A program made the translations under genes and the position numbers. A stretch of 42,102 nucleotides of DNA from a bacterium (lineage in GTDB: Bacteria; Sysuimicrobiota; Sysuimicrobiia; Sysuimicrobiales; Segetimicrobiaceae), in assembly GCA_035632615.1 (NCBI GenBank), contig DASQGM010000022.1, forward strand, positions 1 to 42,102. Direction: 5' to 3'. Positions 35,856-42,102 of the stretch are shown one piece after another. Within the stretch, counting starts at the first letter, position 1, and each line of letters begins with the position of its first letter. The notes under the pieces were generated by a model, which was given only the letters and a program-made list of their open reading frames with translations, was not told the DNA's origin and searched no databases.

Positions 35856-36706
35856 TCGCCCCGGCCGTGTTCCGCCGCCGGGCCCGCGCGGTCTCCCACC
35901 AGGCGTGGCTCGTCGGGCTGACGCTGCTGTCGGCGGTGTTCATCCTCGTCCCGGTGGCGTGGATGGTGAGCGCGAGCGTGCGGCCGATCCGGGAAGTGCT
36001 GACGTATCCGCCGGTGCTGGTGCCGAAGACGGTCACGTTCGAGTACTTCGCGCGCATTCTCGGGAACCCAAAGTACCAGCACTTCTTCGTGAACAGCATC
36101 GCGATGTCGCTCGGCGCGCTGATGCTGTCGCTCACGCTCGGCTCGTTCGCAGCGTACGGGTTCTCCCGGTTCAAGCTGCCCGGGGGGCAGGTGATGCTGA
36201 TGGGTATCCTGAGCCTGCTGATGCTGCCCCGGGTCACCCTGATCGTGCCGTATTTCCGTCTCGCACACGTCGTCGGACTCTACGATACGCTCCCCGGCCT
36301 GATCGTCGCGAACACGGCGTTTCTCCTCCCCGTCACCACCTGGCTCGTAAAGGGATACCTCGACTCGATCCCGCACGAGCTCGACGAGGCCGCGATGGTG
36401 GACGGATGCACGCGCATGCAGACGCTCCGCAAGGTGGTCGCGCCGCTCGCGGTCCCCGGGCTCGTCGGCGTTGCCGCGTTCGTCTTTATCGCGGCGTGGA
36501 ACGAGTACCTGCTCGCCGTGGTCCTCACCGAGACCTCGCGCTCGCAGACGCTCACGGTGGGCCTCGCGTCGTTCTTTGGCCAGTACGTGCGCGACTGGAA
36601 CGGCATCATGGCGCTGTCCACGCTCGCCAGCCTGCCGCTCGTCGTCATCTTCGTGTTCCTCCAGAGGTGGGTCGTTCAGGGGATCGGCAGCGGCGCGATC
36701 AAGTAG
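35849..36706 (+). CDS. ABC transporter permease, CUT1 type (MalG/UgpE-like)
   Basis: Track ORF 34871..36706 trimmed to ATG 35849 (MVVAPAVFRRRARAV...), a 7-nt overlap with the preceding gene. EAA loop ELDEAAMVDGCTRMQTLRKVVAPLAVPG. Confidence 0.9.
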   Translation: MVVAPAVFRRRARAVSHQAWLVGLTLLSAVFILVPVAWMVSASVRPIREVLTYPPVLVPKTVTFEYFARILGNPKYQHFFVNSIAMSLGALMLSLTLGSFAAYGFSRFKLPGGQVMLMGILSLLMLPRVTLIVPYFRLAHVVGLYDTLPGLIVANTAFLLPVTTWLVKGYLDSIPHELDEAAMVDGCTRMQTLRKVVAPLAVPGLVGVAAFVFIAAWNEYLLAVVLTETSRSQTLTVGLASFFGQYVRDWNGIMALSTLASLPLVVIFVFLQRWVVQGIGSGAIK

Positions 36707-36717
36707 GAGGGGAACGC

Positions 36718-38187
36718 ATGCGGATCGGGATCGCCGGCATCAGTCACGAAGCGTTGACATTTTCGCCGGTGCCTCAGACGATGGAGGACTTTCGCGTACT
36801 GCGGGGCCCCGAGGTGCTCGGATATCGCGGGCTCGCGGACGCCGTGCGAACGCTGGAGTTCGAGCCGGTGCCGATCCTCGTGGCGGCGGCGCGCTGTCCC
36901 TCCGGCGTCGTGGAAGAACGGACGTACCTGCAACTCCGCAATGAGATGCTCGACCGCCTCCGGGACGCCGGCCCGCTCGACGGGATCTGCCTGGTGCTGC
37001 ACGGGGCGATGCTCGTGGAAAACATCTGGAGCGGAGAGACCGACCAGGTGCGGATGATCCGGGCGGCGGTGGGCCGCGAGATGCCGCTGGCCGTCCGGCT
37101 CGACCCTCACGCGAACCTCACCGAGGAGTTCGCGAACAAGACGGACACGTGGGCCTGCTTCCGGACGGCGCCGCATCGAGACCAGGCCGAGACGCTGCTG
37201 CGCACGCTGACGCTCCTGGCCAAGTGCGTCCGCTCGCGTCTCCGGCCGCGTCCGGTGTTCATCCGCATCCCGTTGCTGCTGCCCGGCGAGCGCTCCACGA
37301 CGGGCGTGGAGCCGATGCGGTCCCTGCTGGAGATGGCGCGGGAGATCGAGCGGATGCCCGGCATCTTGAACGCCGAGGTGCTGATCGGATTCGGGTGGGC
37401 CGACACCTGGCACGCCGGCTCCAACGTCGTGGTCGTCGCCGAGGACGAGGCCCACCTGCCGGAGGCCCGGCGCCAGGCGCGGCGGCTGGCGCAGGCGATG
37501 TGGGACCAGCGCGAGCGCTTCACGTTCGACCAGGAGATCGCGAACTCCGCCGACGACGCGATCGATACGGCGCTGCGCGCGCCGGAACAAACCGTGTTCA
37601 TCACCGACTCCGGGGACAACCCGACGGCGGGCGCGCCCGGCGACGCGACGCACTTCCTGGCGCGGCTGCTCGCGAAGAAGGTGCCCGACGCGGTCGTGGC
37701 CGGCATCCCGGATCCCGCGGCCGCACGGGCGTGCTTCGAGGCGGGCGTTGGCGGGCAGACGACGATCACGGTGGGCGGCAAGCTCGATTCGGTCCGCGGC
37801 GGTCCGGTGACGCTGACGGGCACGGTCGAGCACCTCCACCGCGCCGCGGCACCGGCGGACGCGAGCCTGGCGACGTTCCGCGCGAACGGCATCCGCGTGA
37901 TCATCTCCGACCACCGCTACACCTATCACGATCCGGACGACTTCCGGAAGGCCGGCATCGATCCACTGCGGCACCGGATGATCATCGTGAAGCTCGGCTA
38001 TCTCATGGCCCCGCTCCGCGAGATCGCGCCCAGGGAGATTCTCGCGCTCACGCCCGGATACGCGGACATGGACTTCACCCGGCTGCCGTACCGGCAGGTC
38101 ACGCGACCGATCTACCCGCTGGATACGGCGTTCACGTGGCATCCGATCATCACGAACGTCGCCGGATACGATGAGGACCAGCGGTGA
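36718..38187 (+). CDS. MlrC/M81-family metallopeptidase-like protein (microcystinase C family)
   Basis: Track ORF 35905..38187 trimmed to ATG 36718 with AGGAGGGG upstream. N-terminus MRIGIAGISHEALTFSP and LVLHGAM ... LDPHANLT are typical of the MlrC N-terminal domain. ~489 aa. Confidence 0.85.
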   Translation: MRIGIAGISHEALTFSPVPQTMEDFRVLRGPEVLGYRGLADAVRTLEFEPVPILVAAARCPSGVVEERTYLQLRNEMLDRLRDAGPLDGICLVLHGAMLVENIWSGETDQVRMIRAAVGREMPLAVRLDPHANLTEEFANKTDTWACFRTAPHRDQAETLLRTLTLLAKCVRSRLRPRPVFIRIPLLLPGERSTTGVEPMRSLLEMAREIERMPGILNAEVLIGFGWADTWHAGSNVVVVAEDEAHLPEARRQARRLAQAMWDQRERFTFDQEIANSADDAIDTALRAPEQTVFITDSGDNPTAGAPGDATHFLARLLAKKVPDAVVAGIPDPAAARACFEAGVGGQTTITVGGKLDSVRGGPVTLTGTVEHLHRAAAPADASLATFRANGIRVIISDHRYTYHDPDDFRKAGIDPLRHRMIIVKLGYLMAPLREIAPREILALTPGYADMDFTRLPYRQVTRPIYPLDTAFTWHPIITNVAGYDEDQR

Positions 38188-38215
38188 TCGCATCGGGACC
38201 GTGGAGGGGGGCGTG

Positions 38216-39031
38216 ATGGCGGACGAGGTCCGGTTCGAACTGATGCGGCCGCCCCAGATCGTCGAGGCCCGACGGAAGTGCCCGGTCGCCTACCTCGCGG
38301 TGGGCCCCCTGGAGTGGCACGGGCCCCATCTGCCGATGGGCACGGACGCGATGGCTGCGCACCGCGTCGCCGTGGAGGTCGCCCGGCGCGTCGGGGGAGT
38401 GGTCCTCCCCGCCTACCACCTCGGCACCGAGACCGTGCGCGTCCCGGACGGACCGCAGGGCCTGCGGCCGCTCGGCTTCGAGGGGCACGAGCGGATCGTC
38501 GGCATGGATTTCCCAGGAAACCCCGTTAAGAGCCTGTATATCGAGGAGGGCACCTTTGCGGTCATCATCCGGGAGATCGTCCGTCTCCTGAAGCAGGACG
38601 ACTACCGCCTGATCGTGATCGTCAACGGACACGGCGCCCCCAATCACCAGCGGGCGCTGCGCCGCGTGGCCGCGGAGGAAAACGACCCTCCGCGCGTGCA
38701 CGTCCTGTTCGAACGGGCCGGGAGCGGGCCGGCCCACCCGTCGCACGACCCGGGGCACGCAGGGCGGGGCGAGACCGCGTTCATGATGGTGGAGGCCCCC
38801 GGGAGCGTCGACCTCGGGGCGCTCCCGCCGATCGACACGCCGCTGCGGTACCCCGACTACGGCATCGTGAATGGGGCCGCGTTCGACGGACGCCCGACGC
38901 CCGACTTCACGGTGCCCCGCGAAGCGGATCCGCGATCGGCCACCCGCGAAGAGGGGGTGGCCGCGCTCGAGCGCAACGTCGAGCGGCTGGCGGCGCAAAT
39001 GCGCAAGTACATCGCCGCGTACGTGACCTAG
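38216..39031 (+). CDS. Creatininase-family amidohydrolase (copy 2)
   Basis: Trimmed to ATG 38216 (MADEVRFELMRP...) with GGAGGGGGG upstream. Motifs AVGPLEWHGPHLPMGTDA, VIVNGHGAPN, GHAGRGETAFMM. Confidence 0.8.
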   Translation: MADEVRFELMRPPQIVEARRKCPVAYLAVGPLEWHGPHLPMGTDAMAAHRVAVEVARRVGGVVLPAYHLGTETVRVPDGPQGLRPLGFEGHERIVGMDFPGNPVKSLYIEEGTFAVIIREIVRLLKQDDYRLIVIVNGHGAPNHQRALRRVAAEENDPPRVHVLFERAGSGPAHPSHDPGHAGRGETAFMMVEAPGSVDLGALPPIDTPLRYPDYGIVNGAAFDGRPTPDFTVPREADPRSATREEGVAALERNVERLAAQMRKYIAAYVT

Positions 39032-39115
39032 TCGGCCCGGTCGCGGCACCTCAAACGTACGGTTCGTATGCCGGCGCCGATCGGCTGGGCGCCTGCGAGA
39101 CGGGTGGCCGCTCGT

Positions 39116-39967
39116 TCACGCCCTCAGGCGGGGGTCGAGCACGTCCCGGAGTCCGTCGCCGAGCGCGTTGATGGAGAGCACCGTCACCATGATCGCGAGT
39201 CCCGGGAACGTCATCAACCACCACGCCTGGATGAGCCAGTTGCGCCCCGCGTTGAGCAGCGCGCCCCACTCCGGCTGCGGTGGTTGGGCGCCAAGCCCGA
39301 GGAAACTCAACGACGCCGCCGTCAGAATCGCTCCCGCCATGTTCAGGGTCGAGAGCACGACGATCGGAGCCGTGACATTGGGCAGCAGATACCGGGTGAG
39401 GATCGTCCGCGGCGGCACGCCGACGGCCCGTGCGCCTTCCACATAGAGGGTCGCCCTCGCCTGCAGAACCGCGCCCCGGATCACGCGGGCGTACGCGGGG
39501 ATCCCGTTGATTCCCACCGCGATCATGGCGTTCGTCAACCCGGGCCCCAGGATCGCGACGATGGCGAGCGCCAAGAGGATGCCGGGAAACGCCAGCATCA
39601 GGTCCACGAGACGCATCAGCACCAAGTCCACGGTCCCGCTGTAGTACCCCGAGACAAGCCCGACCAGCACGCCGATCCCGCACGCGATCCCCACGGCCAC
39701 GACTCCCACCCCGAGAGACAGGTGCGCCCCCTGAACGACCCGCGCGAACATGTCTCTTCCGAACTCGTTGGTGCCGAACCAATGCAGCGGCGAAGGTGGG
39801 CGCAGCGCGTCTTGCGGCTTCATGAGGTAGAGATCCGTGTGGCCGAGCACGGGCGCCGCCACCGCCACAACGACGAGCCCAAGAAACACGAGCCCGCCCA
39901 CGAGGGTGTGCCGGCTCCGCCGGAGCCGGTTCCACAGGAACGCCAGTCGGGACGCCGCGGAGGACAC
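39116..39967 (-). CDS. ABC transporter permease, DppC/OppC-like (second locus)
   Basis: 283 aa. LYVEGARAVGVPPRTILTRYLLPNVTAPIVV. C-terminal NALGDGLRDVLDPRLR. GTG start 6 nt after the upstream stop. Confidence 0.9.
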   Translation of the reverse strand: MSSAASRLAFLWNRLRRSRHTLVGGLVFLGLVVVAVAAPVLGHTDLYLMKPQDALRPPSPLHWFGTNEFGRDMFARVVQGAHLSLGVGVVAVGIACGIGVLVGLVSGYYSGTVDLVLMRLVDLMLAFPGILLALAIVAILGPGLTNAMIAVGINGIPAYARVIRGAVLQARATLYVEGARAVGVPPRTILTRYLLPNVTAPIVVLSTLNMAGAILTAASLSFLGLGAQPPQPEWGALLNAGRNWLIQAWWLMTFPGLAIMVTVLSINALGDGLRDVLDPRLRA

Positions 39968-39972
39968 GCCGC

Positions 39973-40899
39973 CTACTCGAATCGGACGCGCGGGTCGAGC
40001 ACGGCGTACGAGAGGTCCACCGCGAAGTTCACGACCACGTACAGCACCGCGACGAACAACACCGCCCCCTGCACGACCGGGAAGTCTTTGTTCAGGATGG
40101 AGTTCACAATGAGCCGCCCGAGTCCGATGCGCGAGAAGACCGTCTCCACCGCAAACGCACCGGCCAGTAGTCGGCCCGCTTCCAACCCGAAGAATGTGAC
40201 GACCGGGATCAGCGCGTTGCGGAGCGCGTGCCGGATCACCACCGTCCGCTCCACGATGCCCTTGGCCCTCGCCGTGCGGACGTAGTCCTCCCCGAGAACC
40301 TCCAAGAGGCTGCTACGCACCAGCCGAGCGATGCTTGCCAAGGGGGCGAACGACAGGGCAACGGCCGGCAGCACCAACCTGTTCAGGCCGCCCTGGCCCA
40401 CCGCCGGGAACCACCGGAGTTGGAGTGAGAACGCGACGATGAGGAGCGCCCCCAGCCAAAAACTGGGCATGGAGACGCCCACCAACGACACGAACATCGC
40501 GATACTGTCGCCCCACCGATTCCGATGCACGGCGGCGAGTATCCCAAGCGGGACTCCGCACGCGATCGCCAACGCCAGCGCGGCCGCGGCGAGTTGAATG
40601 GTATTGCCGGCGTTCTGCACGAGCAGGCCGAGCACCGGTTGGTTGAATCGGATCGACTTTCCCCAATCCCCATGGAGCAGGCGCACAGTGTATCGAACGA
40701 ACTGCACCGGGAGCGGGTCGGTGAGTCCGAGTTCGTGGCGCAGCGCATTCATCGCTTCAGGAGACGCCACCCCGCCTTCGCCCACGAGCAGCATCACCGG
40801 GTCCCCGGGCACCAAGTGGAGCATCAAGAACACGAACGCGGCGGTGCCAACGAGCACGGGCACCGTCGAGAGCACCCGTCTCGCCACATACGAACTCAT
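39973..40899 (-). CDS. ABC transporter permease, DppB/OppB-like (second locus)
   Basis: 308 aa. MSSYVARRVLSTVPVLVGTAAFVFLMLHLVPGDP. EDYVRTARAKGIVERTVVIRHALRNALIPVVT. Confidence 0.9.
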   Translation of the reverse strand: MSSYVARRVLSTVPVLVGTAAFVFLMLHLVPGDPVMLLVGEGGVASPEAMNALRHELGLTDPLPVQFVRYTVRLLHGDWGKSIRFNQPVLGLLVQNAGNTIQLAAAALALAIACGVPLGILAAVHRNRWGDSIAMFVSLVGVSMPSFWLGALLIVAFSLQLRWFPAVGQGGLNRLVLPAVALSFAPLASIARLVRSSLLEVLGEDYVRTARAKGIVERTVVIRHALRNALIPVVTFFGLEAGRLLAGAFAVETVFSRIGLGRLIVNSILNKDFPVVQGAVLFVAVLYVVVNFAVDLSYAVLDPRVRFE

Positions 40900-40917
40900 C
40901 TCGCACGGTCGCCCGAC

Positions 40918-42102
40918 TCACTGTGTGATGTACGCATCGTACAGCAGCGGATACCCCACGGGATCAAACTTGACCCCCTGCAGACTGCGCCGCGCCCCGA
41001 GGATGTTGTTCTCGTAGAACAGTGTCAGGGCGAGCGCGTCATCCATCACCTTCCGCTGGATCTGTCGATACAGGACGAGCCGCTTGCCCATGTCGATCGT
41101 CTGACTGGCCTGCAGCAGCATCTGGTCCATCTGGGGATTGTTATAGTGCGACCAGTTGAACGGGATGTTGGTCGAATAGTAGAGTGTCCGAAGCATGTCG
41201 GGCTCCGGCCAGTCGAAGAACGCGATCATCAAGTTCTGGTCTCCACGGTTCAGACCTTCGTACCACGCCGCGCGTGCAAGCGCGCGAATCTCGACGTCGA
41301 TGCCCACTTGACGAAGCTGCGACTGGACATACTCCGCCGTCGGTTCGGACCCAATGTTCGGAATGATGAAGAGGCTGACGCGCAGCGGCTGTCCGTCTTT
41401 TGCGCGCACCCCGCCGGGGCCAGCGCGCCAGCCGGCCTCGTCCAGAATCTGGCGCGCCTTCGCGGGATCGTACGAGTAGACGGTCTCGAGGCTCTTGTCG
41501 TAGCTCGCCATGAGGGGAGAGACTGGCGAGCGTCCGGCAACGTGTTGACCAAAGAAGAGCGTCTTCACCATGGTGACCGTGTCCACGCCGTAGAGGATCG
41601 CGCGGCGGACTCGCACGTCGTTGGTTGGAGCCCGCTGCGTGTTCAGCAGCATGACGCGACCAGACCCCATGAACATGCGCTTCAGCAGATACAGATCGGA
41701 GAGGCTCTGGACCTGCGCGACCGCCTGCTCGGGCACCGGCTCGATGAGGTTCGTCTCCCCGTTCTGAAGGGTGGCCAACCGTGTGGAATCCTCAGGGATC
41801 GTCCGGACGATCAAGCGTTCCACGTAGGCGGGGCCGGAGTGGTTGACGCCGGCCGACGGGGCCCACGCGTAGTCGGGGTTTCGCACCAAGGTGATATGAT
41901 CCTGGGCAACCATCTCGACAAACTTGAACGGTCCCGTGCCGACCGGATGCTGCGGGTAGTTGGCCCCCCAGCTCTTGACCGCTGTCGGCGAGACGATACC
42001 GAGCCACGGCTGGCTGAGTGCGTTGATGAACGGCGAGTACGGCTCCTTGAGGTGCACGCGAATGGTGTAGGGATCAACGACCTCGCTCGACGCGTACGGC
42101 CC
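40918..42102 (-). CDS. ABC transporter substrate-binding protein, family 5 (Dpp/Opp type); C-terminal ~394 aa, the N-terminus lies beyond the window end
   Basis: The frame stays open upstream of the track start (42057) to the window edge (...PYASSEVVDPYTIRVHLKEPYSPFINALSQPWLGIVSP...). This is a typical family-5 body. Confidence 0.9.
   Translation of the reverse strand, partial: GPYASSEVVDPYTIRVHLKEPYSPFINALSQPWLGIVSPTAVKSWGANYPQHPVGTGPFKFVEMVAQDHITLVRNPDYAWAPSAGVNHSGPAYVERLIVRTIPEDSTRLATLQNGETNLIEPVPEQAVAQVQSLSDLYLLKRMFMGSGRVMLLNTQRAPTNDVRVRRAILYGVDTVTMVKTLFFGQHVAGRSPVSPLMASYDKSLETVYSYDPAKARQILDEAGWRAGPGGVRAKDGQPLRVSLFIIPNIGSEPTAEYVQSQLRQVGIDVEIRALARAAWYEGLNRGDQNLMIAFFDWPEPDMLRTLYYSTNIPFNWSHYNNPQMDQMLLQASQTIDMGKRLVLYRQIQRKVMDDALALTLFYENNILGARRSLQGVKFDPVGYPLLYDAYITQ

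Noticed and set aside
39070-39096. GCCGGCGCC ... GGCGCCTGC stem in the 84-nt convergent spacer between creatininase copy 2 and the DppC-like gene, considered as a bidirectional terminator.
   Set aside because: There is no U-tract on either strand, the stem has a mismatch, and it relies on the self-complementary GGCGCC. The evidence is insufficient to call a terminator.
1-42102. Search for CRISPR arrays, tRNA/rRNA genes, transposases, integrases, phage genes, toxin-antitoxin pairs or known defence genes.
   Set aside because: I could find no repeat-spacer periodicity, no cloverleaf-like segment in the intergenic regions, and no ORF with recombinase, nuclease, Walker-ATPase or helicase motifs. 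The window reads as core/accessory metabolism rather than a mobile or defence island.

Overview
Very GC-rich bacterial chromosomal segment with strong GGAGG-type Shine-Dalgarno sites, many GTG/TTG starts and frequent 1-7 nt start/stop overlaps. I call 36 protein-coding genes. I see no rRNA, tRNA, CRISPR array, transposase, integrase, phage gene or recognisable defence gene. The content is metabolic and transport-related. (i) 1-7148, minus strand: GntR-headed acid-sugar operon (GntR, CUT1-type binding protein, two permeases, two tandem enolase-superfamily paralogs, DapA-family lyase). (ii) 7266-11699: DinB, cupin, ThDP-dependent enzyme, acyl-CoA synthetase. (iii) 11915-16697: form I aerobic CO dehydrogenase coxM-coxS-coxL (AYRCSFR active-site loop), followed by an XdhC-type chaperone fused to a YHS/TRASH metal-binding module. 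(iv) 16979-29801: cyclic-amide/ureide-type catabolic island (isochorismatase-family hydrolase, PLP Ser/Thr dehydratase, creatininase-family protein, hydantoinase A/B, amidase, Dpp/Opp-type binding protein and permeases). (v) 29997-32804: methyltransferase, MFS transporter, YceI. (vi) 33574-39031: CUT1 sugar-type transporter fused in one operon with an MlrC/M81 peptidase-like protein and a second creatininase-family protein. (vii) 39116-42102: second Dpp/Opp-type permease pair plus binding protein, truncated at the window end. The most unusual points are these: the XdhC-YHS fusion sits beside a Mo-Cu CO dehydrogenase with no coxD/E/F nearby; none of the four ABC importers has an ATPase gene in the window; an amidase gene splits a permease pair; a sugar-type transporter is coupled to amidohydrolase-type genes; and a ~770 nt structured non-coding gap lies at 32805-33573. 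I did not find a clearly new defence or mobile system. All calls are by eye from translated motifs and gene order; no searches or computations were run.
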